Position numbers and translations under genes: made by a program
From: a virus
Reading direction: 5' to 3' (one strand)
Length of the DNA: 64,000 bases
Virus record (IMG/VR): IMGVR_UViG_3300038696_000205
Location: 55,323-119,322 of that record
Shown here: piece after piece, positions 1 through 9,356 of the stretch
Layout: the number at the start of each line of letters is the position of its first letter
Position numbering within the stretch: position 1 is the stretch's first letter
The notes under the pieces: model-generated
The model's database searches: none
What the model was told of the DNA's origin: nothing
What the model saw: only the letters and a program-made list of their open reading frames with translations

Positions 1-269
1 TCAATCATGAATTTGGCACCTTTAATTTTTATATCCCTGATTTTTGTGTCGGTATTGCCCCATTCTTTTAATCGGTTATCGTCCGCTGTATTAGTAAATT
101 CCTTTCTAAATTTATCGAATATTTTAATGTATTGTTCGTCCGTAAGATTAGTGTCCGATTTCCTATTTATTATGTCAAGACATTTTTCAATAATCACTTC
201 CTCACGACCCGTAATATGGGTAGGTTTTTCAGTGCCAGTTAATTCAAAATATAATTCTTCTTTTGTCAT
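1..269 (-). CDS. hypothetical protein, 3' end truncated by window edge (MTKEELYFELTG...)
   Basis: Hand translation: ATG at 269, open to position 1; the + strand ORF 7..285 is its shadow. Confidence 0.6.
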   Translation of the reverse strand, partial: MTKEELYFELTGTEKPTHITGREEVIIEKCLDIINRKSDTNLTDEQYIKIFDKFRKEFTNTADDNRLKEWGNTDTKIRDIKIKGAKFMI

Positions 270-287
270 GTTACCTGATTTATAGGA

Positions 288-509
288 TTATTCCAAATTT
301 TTTGATAAATTAAGTTCGGTTTCCAACCTATTTACTAATTCTTCAAGTTCTTCTTCATTACCTAACCATTGGAAGGCAATATCGTAATATACGTTATTAC
401 TCCATTTGCGACTTGGATTTTTATTTTCGGAGCAAATTTGTAGCCTATCGATTAAGGAATAAAACTTATCGTTAGTTCCAGCTATGTTAGGTTTTTTTAT
501 ATTTTCCAT
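288..509 (-). CDS. hypothetical protein
   Basis: ORF track; fits minus-strand gene tiling. Confidence 0.6.
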   Translation of the reverse strand: MENIKKPNIAGTNDKFYSLIDRLQICSENKNPSRKWSNNVYYDIAFQWLGNEEELEELVNRLETELNLSKNLE

Positions 510-547
510 ATTAAATAATTATTTAAGAAAATATAGCGAATATTTTA

Positions 548-1066
548 TTAAAAAACTAATTTTTTATTTAATAATTTTTCATTACCGTACACATGTAAGT
601 ATTTTAGGGTATCTAAAGACCAGATTAGATTACTTTTTCTTTTATTACACGTTTGACATGATACCACCAAATTATCTTTATCCCTTGCGGCACCTCCCTT
701 TGATTTCGGGTTGAAGTGGTCAGCGGTAGCCATCTTTTTAAGGTCTTTATTCGGGTGGTCACATTGATAGATTATTAGGTCTTCCTTGCCACAATACACA
801 CAAGTTAACTTATGGTGTTCGTCTAACATTTCCTGTAGAAACGTCATGTTGAATAAGGTTTGGGCAAGACCATCCATTCGTTTTTTTGATTTCGGTATAA
901 AGTGAATGCCTATTGACTTGAAACCAGATAATAAACTATTTATTTCATCTTGTAATAATTCATCTTTAATTAAGAGATAATCACCATACGGGGTTGACCC
1001 GTATATTTGGTGTTGCTCTATTATATTAGCTGACTTATTTTTCGATGTTACAATTGTTTGACACAT
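548..1066 (-). CDS. HNH endonuclease family protein
   Basis: CVYCG...TADHFNPKSKGG...NLVVSCQTCNKRK HNH/zinc motif. Confidence 0.85.
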   Translation of the reverse strand: MCQTIVTSKNKSANIIEQHQIYGSTPYGDYLLIKDELLQDEINSLLSGFKSIGIHFIPKSKKRMDGLAQTLFNMTFLQEMLDEHHKLTCVYCGKEDLIIYQCDHPNKDLKKMATADHFNPKSKGGAARDKDNLVVSCQTCNKRKSNLIWSLDTLKYLHVYGNEKLLNKKLVF

Positions 1067-1089
1067 ATTATTATTGTTTTTGTTCCTTA

Positions 1090-1125
1090 CAAAGATACGT
1101 AAAATATTTTAGACCACCAAATATT
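1090..1125 (-). promoter_or_regulatory. Bacteroidota sigma-ABfr-type promoter (example of roughly 25 copies)
   Basis: -7 TAnnTTTG with upstream -33 TTTG; others near 2057, 2525, 4576, 5291, 7039, 9343, 14597, 19660, 24712, 27003, 43839, 48243, 50354, 53055, 55165, 57398. Confidence 0.8.
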
Positions 1126-1657
1126 ATATATTAATAACTATACCCCCATTAATATAAGCAGGATTTATCACTATTAATGGTGATATTTTACCAAATTCGT
1201 ATGATAGGGCTAGAGTAATTATCGGTAAGATACCATTATTGCGAATCCATGTAGGTAGATTATTTGTAAGTGGGTTTGTTACCCCGTGTTCTTTGTAATT
1301 ACCATTTCTGGTAAAGTGCGCATCAAATAGATTATTATAGCCACTAATTATTCCCATATTCAAGGAAATGTCAAAATCACCTATACTTCTACCCACACCA
1401 TATTGTGTTAAAATTGATAATTTATGATAACTATTCGCTAGTACTCCTACTTGAATATCGTTGAACCAAATTTTATTGGTTTTTCTATATATGCCCACAA
1501 TACCATGTCCACCCTCTGTATTGTGATATGGTAAGTCTGGTGTCCTGTCAAAGTGATAGGTCTTTAGCGGAATATATAATTTAAATTCCGTTAACCTATC
1601 CTGTGATATTAGATTGATAGAGAAAATACAAAATAAAATTATTATAAATTGTTTCAT
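1124..1657 (-). CDS. signal-peptide protein, possibly a small outer-membrane beta-barrel (PagP-like)
   Basis: Likely start MKQFIIILF at 1657, hydrophobic N-terminus, YHFDR...G.G...NSY pattern and alternating beta strands. Confidence 0.4.
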   Translation of the reverse strand: MKQFIIILFCIFSINLISQDRLTEFKLYIPLKTYHFDRTPDLPYHNTEGGHGIVGIYRKTNKIWFNDIQVGVLANSYHKLSILTQYGVGRSIGDFDISLNMGIISGYNNLFDAHFTRNGNYKEHGVTNPLTNNLPTWIRNNGILPIITLALSYEFGKISPLIVINPAYINGGIVINI

Positions 1658-1659
1658 AA

Positions 1660-2034
1660 TTAATTGGATAAATATATGACCAAAGAGTTTATTATAATAT
1701 GAAATGTGTTGTCCACTATAAATAATAACCACATTGAAAGGTAGATGGGTGTTTCCATTGGGTAGCCGAAATTCTTTAGGTTCTGAGTTCTATTTATAAA
1801 TTGAATCCAATATCTAGCCAACCTATATCTATCTATGAAATAGTGCGTAATAAAGATTATTAACCAGTACCAATTTAGGTTGATTAATAAAAATGGTAAC
1901 GAGTACACTAGGGCGTGTATTAGAGCCACATAACTCTTGGTGGTCTTTTTATTAGCCATCCAACTAGTTTGTAATAAATAGTCACCTACAAAGTGTAATA
2001 GCAACCCGATAAATAATTTTAATTCTATACTCAT
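1660..2034 (-). CDS. DUF3307 membrane protein
   Basis: HFVGDYLLQ...HALVY...HYFID...DNTFH motifs. Confidence 0.8.
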   Translation of the reverse strand: MSIELKLFIGLLLHFVGDYLLQTSWMANKKTTKSYVALIHALVYSLPFLLINLNWYWLIIFITHYFIDRYRLARYWIQFINRTQNLKNFGYPMETPIYLSMWLLFIVDNTFHIIINSLVIYLSN

Positions 2035-2137
2035 GATATTAAGGTTTTATTTACAACAAAGATACAATAAAAAATCCTAACTATCAAAGATAATTAGGAT
2101 TTAATGAACAAACTAACAAACTAACAAACAAATTATA

Positions 2138-2488
2138 TTAAGATTTTCTTTTTAAGCCAAGTTCAGCCGCTGAATAGTGGATATTGAACCACATGGATTC
2201 CATCAGGGATTCGCTTTGTGATGCATCGTCCAATACATCCATTGCTTCTTCTTCCGAGCAATCGTAATGACCCGTTACATCTTCTATTGACCACATATTA
2301 CTTGCACATATACCAAGGTCTGTTAGAACCTCTTTGGCTTCTTTTTCCTGTGCATATTCGGAATCATTGATTTCTTCTAATGTATCGGCTATGTTGAACC
2401 TTTCATCACCAACGATAACAAACTCGTTAGACGAATACTCTTGAAGTTGTAATAATGCCAATTTTAAAAGTGCTTTTGAATTTTTCAT
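2138..2488 (-). CDS. hypothetical protein
   Basis: ORF track; host-type promoter just upstream (~2525). Confidence 0.7.
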   Translation of the reverse strand: MKNSKALLKLALLQLQEYSSNEFVIVGDERFNIADTLEEINDSEYAQEKEAKEVLTDLGICASNMWSIEDVTGHYDCSEEEAMDVLDDASQSESLMESMWFNIHYSAAELGLKRKS

Positions 2489-2558
2489 AATTTAGGTTTT
2501 TAATGTTGTTATTATTTCTTTTGTCAAAGATACGTAACTTAATTCGTTATACCAAATA

Positions 2559-3584
2559 TTATTTAAAGAAATATTTGAAATTTTCTCCACCATAAGCATC
2601 CTTGGTCAAATTAATCATTTCGCCAACACTATAATCTCGTTCCTCAATCTTAAATTCATTAACGAAATCCTTGACTCCGAACGAACATGCGCCAGTAATT
2701 ATCCTGTAACATTCTATCGCATCACCAAATGACAATACGTTATCCAACGTTAACCCTTTGTAATCTTCCACACACTTATTACTTATCTTAAATAATAAAT
2801 CAAGTTTAGCTTCTTTAATGGTTTCACCGTGCGCCCATCTATCCTCACCATCGGTAACTAAATAAAGTTTATTCTCATCGCTTAATTTCTTCACCTCATA
2901 TACATTACCCCGTTTATGTAGCACTTCGGTGAACACCCCATCAACCTTTACGTATTTCCCATCTTGCCAAAATATTGCCTTTGGGGGTAGACTTTTTTGA
3001 ATCGATGTAACCTTATCCAAATATAAGTGACCACCCACCGTAGGGTTAAATCCTTCTGGAATCATTGTAAGTGAGTTTAAGTCTAAACTACCCCCAACCG
3101 TAGGATTAAATCCTTCTGGAATATTTTTAAGTGACCTTAAGTATAAACTACCATCCACCATAGGATTAAACCCCCCTGGAATCGATTTTAGACTACTTAA
3201 ATCTAAAGTACCACCAACGGTGGGATTGAATCCTTCTGGAATCGATGTAAGTTTATATAAATCTAAATCACCACCAACGGTGGGGTTGAATCCATCTGGA
3301 ATAGAGATGAGATTTTCTAAAAATAAACCCCCACTAACGATTGGGTTAAATCCTTCTGGAATCGATGTTAGGTAACCTAAATATAAACTACCACCAACAA
3401 TTGGGTTAAAGCTATCTGGAATCGCCGTGATATTATTTAAGAATAAATGATTTCTGACTTTAGGATTAAACCCATCTGGAATCGATGTGAGTAAATTTAA
3501 GAATAAATTATCGTTAATTATATCAATTCCTAAGAATTGATTTTCCGTTATATTTGCATATTGCATTAATTCTTCTTTAGTCAT
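2559..3584 (-). CDS. LRR-like protein with 20-aa tandem repeats (about 9 units)
   Basis: LTSIPEGFNPTVGGxLxL repeats; N- and C-terminal domains shared with 5325..7013. Confidence 0.85.
   Translation of the reverse strand: MTKEELMQYANITENQFLGIDIINDNLFLNLLTSIPDGFNPKVRNHLFLNNITAIPDSFNPIVGGSLYLGYLTSIPEGFNPIVSGGLFLENLISIPDGFNPTVGGDLDLYKLTSIPEGFNPTVGGTLDLSSLKSIPGGFNPMVDGSLYLRSLKNIPEGFNPTVGGSLDLNSLTMIPEGFNPTVGGHLYLDKVTSIQKSLPPKAIFWQDGKYVKVDGVFTEVLHKRGNVYEVKKLSDENKLYLVTDGEDRWAHGETIKEAKLDLLFKISNKCVEDYKGLTLDNVLSFGDAIECYRIITGACSFGVKDFVNEFKIEERDYSVGEMINLTKDAYGGENFKYFFK
3000..3510 (-). repeat. 60-bp coding tandem repeat
   Basis: Units align at 60-nt period. Confidence 0.9.
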
Positions 3585-3756
3585 TTCAAGTATTTTTAAG
3601 TATTTTAACCAAGTGATTTTCTATAACCCATTACCCATCGTTCAAAATCTTGAACTTCATCGTGTGCTATTAAATATTCCCAAAGTCCAGATTCACTAAT
3701 CAAAGCTTGTTTTCTACTGTCTTTTATCGCTTGTGACATAAAGTTTTTATTTTAAA

Positions 3757-4080
3757 TTATTGTAGACCAACTGCCCTAAACCAATTCAATATTCTATTAT
3801 TTTCGCTTAAAGGGTAACTCCAACGCCCCGTAATAAGAAAAATAAAAGGTAATGATAACAACATTAACATCATTAATACAAACGCAAATGGCATCGTTAA
3901 TCTTAACCAAAAGGTTACTGGTGTTTTAATTTCAGAGAAAAATTCAACATTTAATTCTATAAACCTATTACAAAGTTCCTGACTATCTAATTTAGATAAT
4001 TCTGGGAATGTTTTCTTAAAATTGGGTATATGGTTTAAATAACCATGTGACCAAGTTCTTTTTAATTTTCTATACAACAT
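3757..4080 (-). CDS. hypothetical membrane protein
   Basis: ORF track; hydrophobic segment. Confidence 0.65.
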   Translation of the reverse strand: MLYRKLKRTWSHGYLNHIPNFKKTFPELSKLDSQELCNRFIELNVEFFSEIKTPVTFWLRLTMPFAFVLMMLMLLSLPFIFLITGRWSYPLSENNRILNWFRAVGLQ

Positions 4081-4085
4081 ATTAT

Positions 4086-4292
4086 TTAATATTTTTCCAA
4101 TTCTTTTTCTTCAAATTCAATACTGGCACTTATTTTTTCATCAGTATCTACAATAAGGTAATTACCCCTAACTAGAACAACAAACTTGGTATTGGTCTTA
4201 ATTACGTCATAGACCTCACCTTTTATAAACGCCAATTGACCGTGTAAGGTCAACTGGTTAATTTTTCCATTTAAGTTATTTAGTCGTATCAT
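4086..4292 (-). CDS. hypothetical protein
   Basis: ORF track. Confidence 0.55.
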   Translation of the reverse strand: MIRLNNLNGKINQLTLHGQLAFIKGEVYDVIKTNTKFVVLVRGNYLIVDTDEKISASIEFEEKELEKY

Positions 4293-4524
4293 CCTGTAAT
4301 AGTTTTTCTAAGGTTTCAAAATCTTCATCCCTACTTTTTTTATCCTCATAATATGTAAAGGATGCTATTGAGTTGGTGGCCTCTACAACCAATATAGAGT
4401 AACCGCTAACATGACTTTTTTTAACCTCAAAGTCATTTTCCTTAGCATCCTCAACTATATTTTTTATAGAACTATTATTAAATTTAGATTTTATCATAGT
4501 TTTAATTTTAAATTTAGTTTGCAA
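4276..4524 (-). CDS. hypothetical protein
   Basis: ORF track. Confidence 0.6.
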   Translation of the reverse strand: MQTKFKIKTMIKSKFNNSSIKNIVEDAKENDFEVKKSHVSGYSILVVEATNSIASFTYYEDKKSRDEDFETLEKLLQDDTTK

Positions 4525-4597
4525 TTACTATTAAATAGTGTAAGACATCGCAAACTAAATTTTAACAATGTCTTACAAATATACTGAAAATAATCGA

Positions 4598-4873
4598 CTA
4601 TTCCAAATCGTTTGTTAGGATTTTATCGATTCTATCGATTCTATCCATAATTTCATCAATCTTTAAAAACCACATATTTTCATAGTAACCTCCATCACTA
4701 TCCATACCCTCTTGAAATTCCTTATTTTCGTAGCACCAACTTTTTAATTCTTTTAATTGGTCAAGATGAAATTTAATTGATTTTTCAGCACAAAGTTCAG
4801 CAAATATTTGAGTAGGTTGATTTTTATCTATTAGTTTTTTAAAGCTAACTATTAATTCTTCTTTTGTTTTCAT
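4598..4873 (-). CDS. hypothetical protein
   Basis: ORF track. Confidence 0.65.
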   Translation of the reverse strand: MKTKEELIVSFKKLIDKNQPTQIFAELCAEKSIKFHLDQLKELKSWCYENKEFQEGMDSDGGYYENMWFLKIDEIMDRIDRIDKILTNDLE

Positions 4874-4874
4874 A

Positions 4875-5267
4875 TTATTTATTATTTGTGTAAATTTCCT
4901 TAACCAATGACATCAAAGATTCTTCGGTAATTATAACCTCATCAGGGTTTTCATAACAATCGTCCATTTCATGCGTCTGTGTATGAACCCTACCATCGGG
5001 TAAATTTGTTACCCTTGGCTCATCAAGTTCGATAAGACCGCAGTATTGTACACCGTAATTAATTTCCTGTGGGTCACTTGGTTTTGTCTTTGGTATGTCG
5101 TCAGCCCACGCATTCATATCGAATAATGGTTTACCATCATTACCTATAATCGTATCCCAACCCTCAAACTCAAAATTTCTGATTGTTTGTACGGGAATAC
5201 CCTTACCTATAACTAATGCTAATTTTTCTTTTTCGTTGATAAAAACTTGTTTGATTCTTACTTCCAT
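4875..5267 (-). CDS. hypothetical protein
   Basis: ORF track; promoter at ~5291. Confidence 0.7.
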   Translation of the reverse strand: MEVRIKQVFINEKEKLALVIGKGIPVQTIRNFEFEGWDTIIGNDGKPLFDMNAWADDIPKTKPSDPQEINYGVQYCGLIELDEPRVTNLPDGRVHTQTHEMDDCYENPDEVIITEESLMSLVKEIYTNNK

Positions 5268-5324
5268 AATATTGTTATTTTTGTTCCCTACAAAGATACA
5301 TAATTTATTTCATTATACCAAATA

Positions 5325-7013
5325 TTATTGAAAGAAATGTTTAAATTGCTGACCACCATAGCTATCTTTGGTTAAATCAATCATTTCCTCAATCGTATAG
5401 TCCTTATGCTCGACCTTAAATTTCTTAACGAAATGCTTAACACCGAATGAACATGCACCAGTTATCACCCTGTAACACTCGATTGCTTCCTCAAAGGGAA
5501 ACACGCTATCTAGCGATAAGTCCTCATAATCCTTTTTGTTTCTGTTACTTATCTTGTAGATTAAATCTTCTTTTGCATCGTTTAATGTATCACCATGCGC
5601 CCACTTACCCTGACCATCGGTGATAAGATAAAATTCTATAGGGTTGTTTAATCTCTTAACCCTATGGACATTACCCCTTTTCTTAACCACCTCAACGAAT
5701 ATTCCATCGACCGATATATATTTACCATCTTGCCAAAATAACGGTTGCCCGTTTAGTTTGGTGTGATTAATATATTTAAGATTTTCTAAATATAAATTAC
5801 CACCAACAATTGGGTTAAAGCTATCTGGAATCGATGTAATCTTACATAAAATTAAACGACCACCAACGATTGGATTAAATCCTTCTGGAATCGATTTTAG
5901 ACTACTTAAATCTAAAGTACCACCAACGGTGGGATTGAATCCTTTTGGAATCGATATTAGACTACTTAAATCTAAATCACCACCAACGGTGGGATTGAAT
6001 CCTTCTGGAATCGATGTAAGTTTATATAAATCTAAATCACCACCAACGGTGGGGTTGAATCCATCTGGAATAGAGATGAGATTATTTAAAAATAAATTAC
6101 GACCAACGTTCGGATTAAATCCTTCTGGAATCGATGTGAGATTATTTAAAAATAAACTACCACCAACAATTGGGTTAAAGCTATCTGGAATCGATGTGGG
6201 ATTATTTAAAAATAAATCACCACCAACGGTGGGGTTGAATCCATCTGGAATAGAGATGAGATTATTTAAAAATAAATTACGACCAACGTTCGGATTAAAT
6301 CCTTCTGGAATCGATGTAAGTTTATATAAATCTAAATCACCACCAACGGTGGGATTGAATCCTTCTGGAATCGATGTAAGTTTATATAAATCTAAATCAC
6401 CACCAACGGTGGGGTTAAATCCTTCTGGAATTGATGTAAGCTTACTTAAATCTAAAGTAGAACCCACCGTAGGATTAACCCCCTTTGGAATCGATGTGAG
6501 TGAATCTAAATATAAACTACCCCCGACCGTGGGGTTAAAATCCTCTTGCATTGTTGTGACTGAATCTAAATATAAACTACCTCCAACCGTAGGGCTAAAC
6601 CCCTTTGGAATCGATTTAAGCTTACTTAAATGTAAGCTTAGACCCACCGTGGGTTTGAACCCATCTGGAATTGATGTAAGCTTATTTAAATATAAAGTAC
6701 CCCCGACTGTAAGGTTAAACCCTTCTTGCATTGATGTGATATTATCTAAGTATAAATCACGACCAACCTTAAGATTAAATCCTTCTGGAATCGATGTAAG
6801 TGAACTTAAATATAAATTACCCCCAACTGTGGGGTTAAACCCTTCTGGAATCGATGTAAGTGAATCTAAGTATAAATCACGACCGACTTTAAGGTTAAAT
6901 CCCTCTGGAATCGATGTGAGATTATTTAAAAATAAATTCCCGATAATTGCATCAATACCTAAGAATTCATTTTCGGTTATATCTGCATATTCTAATAAAT
7001 TTTCTTTAGTCAT
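5325..7013 (-). CDS. LRR-like protein with 20-aa tandem repeats (about 19-20 units)
   Basis: LTSIPEGFNPTVGGxLxL repeats; paralog of 2559..3584. Confidence 0.85.
   Translation of the reverse strand: MTKENLLEYADITENEFLGIDAIIGNLFLNNLTSIPEGFNLKVGRDLYLDSLTSIPEGFNPTVGGNLYLSSLTSIPEGFNLKVGRDLYLDNITSMQEGFNLTVGGTLYLNKLTSIPDGFKPTVGLSLHLSKLKSIPKGFSPTVGGSLYLDSVTTMQEDFNPTVGGSLYLDSLTSIPKGVNPTVGSTLDLSKLTSIPEGFNPTVGGDLDLYKLTSIPEGFNPTVGGDLDLYKLTSIPEGFNPNVGRNLFLNNLISIPDGFNPTVGGDLFLNNPTSIPDSFNPIVGGSLFLNNLTSIPEGFNPNVGRNLFLNNLISIPDGFNPTVGGDLDLYKLTSIPEGFNPTVGGDLDLSSLISIPKGFNPTVGGTLDLSSLKSIPEGFNPIVGGRLILCKITSIPDSFNPIVGGNLYLENLKYINHTKLNGQPLFWQDGKYISVDGIFVEVVKKRGNVHRVKRLNNPIEFYLITDGQGKWAHGDTLNDAKEDLIYKISNRNKKDYEDLSLDSVFPFEEAIECYRVITGACSFGVKHFVKKFKVEHKDYTIEEMIDLTKDSYGGQQFKHFFQ
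5790..6950 (-). repeat. 60-bp coding tandem repeat with exact multi-unit duplications
   Basis: 60-nt period; blocks such as 6061-6135 and 6241-6315 are identical. Confidence 0.9.
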
Positions 7014-7081
7014 TTTAAATATTTTTATATTATCTACTCAAAGATAATTAGGGTTTAATGAACAAATTAACAAACAAAATT

Positions 7082-7936
7082 TTATATTTCTACTCTCATT
7101 ACATCACGTAGCTTACTGGCATAACCATAATTTTCATTGCTTATAGCAACCTCCAATAGATAAGCTATTAATTTTTTAGGGTATTTTTCATTAACCACTT
7201 CACGGTTATATATCATTTTAACCACAATGGCTTCATACGATTCTACACCATTTTTAACGTCCTCTAATATTTTATCTAATTCCCCATCGGCATTATCGAC
7301 TATATCGTATATTAAATCACTAAAAATATAACAATCTAAATCACCGTTTAACCTAACGGACATATCGAACGCTTCATAACTACCACCAACTGGGTCGAAT
7401 TGTTTTATACATTCACCATTTTTTATGTTATAAGTACCCACATTATAACCCAAATCTTCATCGGCATATTGAACTTCAATTTCCACCTCTGGAAATTTAA
7501 CACTAGCCTTTATAAATAACATGAACGGGGTAGACCAAGCAGTTATAAATTCATATTTTCCATTCTCCACCATAACACATTCAGATGCATTCCACTTAAC
7601 ACCCCAATTTAAAATACACCAATCATACCAATTATCAGCCCCAAATCTAACAATAAGGTCTTTACTCATTTTTTTGGTAATACCTCTGGACATAAAAGGG
7701 TTCTTGGGGTTATCCAATGATTCTTGTTCATCATATTTCTTTTGTGATATAATGGTGGTCGGTGCCGATGTACCCTTTAGTTCATCGGGTAATTCAATTA
7801 TCTTATTAAAGTCGATAACCCTTTCCTCACTTTGGATGGATTCAACCACTTCTTTAATTTTTTCGTCAGAACCTTTTAAGGTTAAAATATTCGTAATGTA
7901 ATTTGGCATAATATTTACTTTAATATGTTTATACAA
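7082..7936 (-). CDS. DUF1281/YubB-like ferredoxin-fold protein
   Basis: MPNYITN...DFNKII...NWYDWCILNWGVKWNA...FITAWSTP. Confidence 0.75.
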   Translation of the reverse strand: MYKHIKVNIMPNYITNILTLKGSDEKIKEVVESIQSEERVIDFNKIIELPDELKGTSAPTTIISQKKYDEQESLDNPKNPFMSRGITKKMSKDLIVRFGADNWYDWCILNWGVKWNASECVMVENGKYEFITAWSTPFMLFIKASVKFPEVEIEVQYADEDLGYNVGTYNIKNGECIKQFDPVGGSYEAFDMSVRLNGDLDCYIFSDLIYDIVDNADGELDKILEDVKNGVESYEAIVVKMIYNREVVNEKYPKKLIAYLLEVAISNENYGYASKLRDVMRVEI

Positions 7937-7961
7937 AGATACAAAAAGTTATTCTAATTGT

Positions 7962-8633
7962 CTAATCTTTTTCCTTAAATTTTTTATCTAATTTATTCTT
8001 GACTTCTTCCCAAGTGTAAAACCACTTCATCTTACCCTGTGCTATACCCACCAATAGCTTGAATAACTCTTCTCCGTGCATTACATCGTGCTTATCACTA
8101 TGTATGAACTTGCCATCCACTATTTCATCAATACCCACTTTAAAGTCCTTAAAATAGCTATAGTACGTATATTTGAAAGGAATCTCTAGGTAAAATCTTA
8201 ACCTCCATAATTTACCCAATGGTTTTAGGTCTTGATATCTTACACCTTTATTATCACTTAAATAGTTATTTTTAAATAATAACTTCTTATCGTCTAGCTT
8301 TGGGGTGTAATCACTATTTAATTTCACCCATATTTTACTTTTACCATCGGTATAGAAATTTGATATTAAATCTTTTGGAATGTACGTCATATTAAGTTCG
8401 GGGTCAGTAGATGCTATAACCTTACCTAAATTTTTAACAGTACCTAATGTACTATTAGCGAACGATACATCGAATTTATCCTCTATTAAATGAATACTAG
8501 ATGATTCGCCATTAACGATATAGTCACCGATTTTTACGGCACGTTTTATAACAATATACAAATCATGTCTATCCACGGTATGATTTTGTATTCGATTTGT
8601 TCTTATTCTAACTATTCTAGCTTTTTTATACAT
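7962..8633 (-). CDS. hypothetical protein
   Basis: ORF track. Confidence 0.7.
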   Translation of the reverse strand: MYKKARIVRIRTNRIQNHTVDRHDLYIVIKRAVKIGDYIVNGESSSIHLIEDKFDVSFANSTLGTVKNLGKVIASTDPELNMTYIPKDLISNFYTDGKSKIWVKLNSDYTPKLDDKKLLFKNNYLSDNKGVRYQDLKPLGKLWRLRFYLEIPFKYTYYSYFKDFKVGIDEIVDGKFIHSDKHDVMHGEELFKLLVGIAQGKMKWFYTWEEVKNKLDKKFKEKD

Positions 8634-8642
8634 TTTTTATTT

Positions 8643-8990
8643 TTAGATTGTACCAAGATAGCTATGTGGTAATGAACCATACTCCTCTACATAGCCTTTG
8701 GCTCTATCTTCGGACGTACCCTCGGAAATATATTGTTTAATAACTTCTACTTTAAACCCGTCCAACATTTGTTTTGCAACTTTATGGCTTGTCTCGTTTC
8801 TAGCATCGGTTGTGTATTCCTCACTAGCAACCCTCTCTATCAACTTAAATATTAATCTTAGACCAGATTGTTGTAATGTTCTATGTTCACGGCAGAAAGC
8901 ATCTATGAACTCCGTATGGTTATCTTGGTTATAACCGTTTACAAAGTTTGTTAATTCGTTGGCTAATTCTTTCCCAGTTAATTTTGACAT
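8643..8990 (-). CDS. hypothetical protein
   Basis: ORF track. Confidence 0.7.
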   Translation of the reverse strand: MSKLTGKELANELTNFVNGYNQDNHTEFIDAFCREHRTLQQSGLRLIFKLIERVASEEYTTDARNETSHKVAKQMLDGFKVEVIKQYISEGTSEDRAKGYVEEYGSLPHSYLGTI

Positions 8991-9049
8991 GATGTTTATA
9001 TTTAATATTAGTTTAGCAAATATAGTTAAATTAATCTAAGATACCAAAT

Positions 9050-9316
9050 TTAATTCAAGAAAAATGGTGCGTACTCGTAATTTAAGATTATTTTATTCTC
9101 ATGGATTTCCATGACTCTGTTGACCACCGAGATATTATGTTCGACAACCTCTATTGTATCATTACATTTTTCAATCATAGAGTAAATACCCTTTACCATT
9201 GAATCATCTTTGATAAACCTTTGTAGGCTCAATAATCTTTCCAACTCTATTGATATTGCGATTAACTCACTATAATTATCAATTTGTTTAATAACTTTAA
9301 ATTCAAGACGTAGCAT
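9050..9316 (-). CDS. hypothetical protein
   Basis: ORF track; its promoter abuts the IS right end. Confidence 0.6.
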   Translation of the reverse strand: MLRLEFKVIKQIDNYSELIAISIELERLLSLQRFIKDDSMVKGIYSMIEKCNDTIEVVEHNISVVNRVMEIHENKIILNYEYAPFFLN

Positions 9317-9356
9317 AATTTATATATTTTATTTGTTCATAGCAAAGATACAACCA

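Noticed and set aside
2559-7013. CRISPR array or DGR interpretation of the 60-bp repeats
   Set aside because: The units are contiguous and in frame with no unique spacers; no cas or reverse transcriptase gene, and no adenine-specific TR/VR pair seen.
5929-7047. 372-aa plus-strand ORF over the repeat gene
   Set aside because: Antisense shadow of the 60-bp repeat; the minus-strand frame has the promoter, a paralog and conserved caps.
2094-7078. ~30-bp repeat ttagg.tttaatgaacaaa.taacaaac at ~2095 and ~7049
   Set aside because: Both copies sit in the -33 region of host-type promoters; best explained as duplicated promoter sequence.
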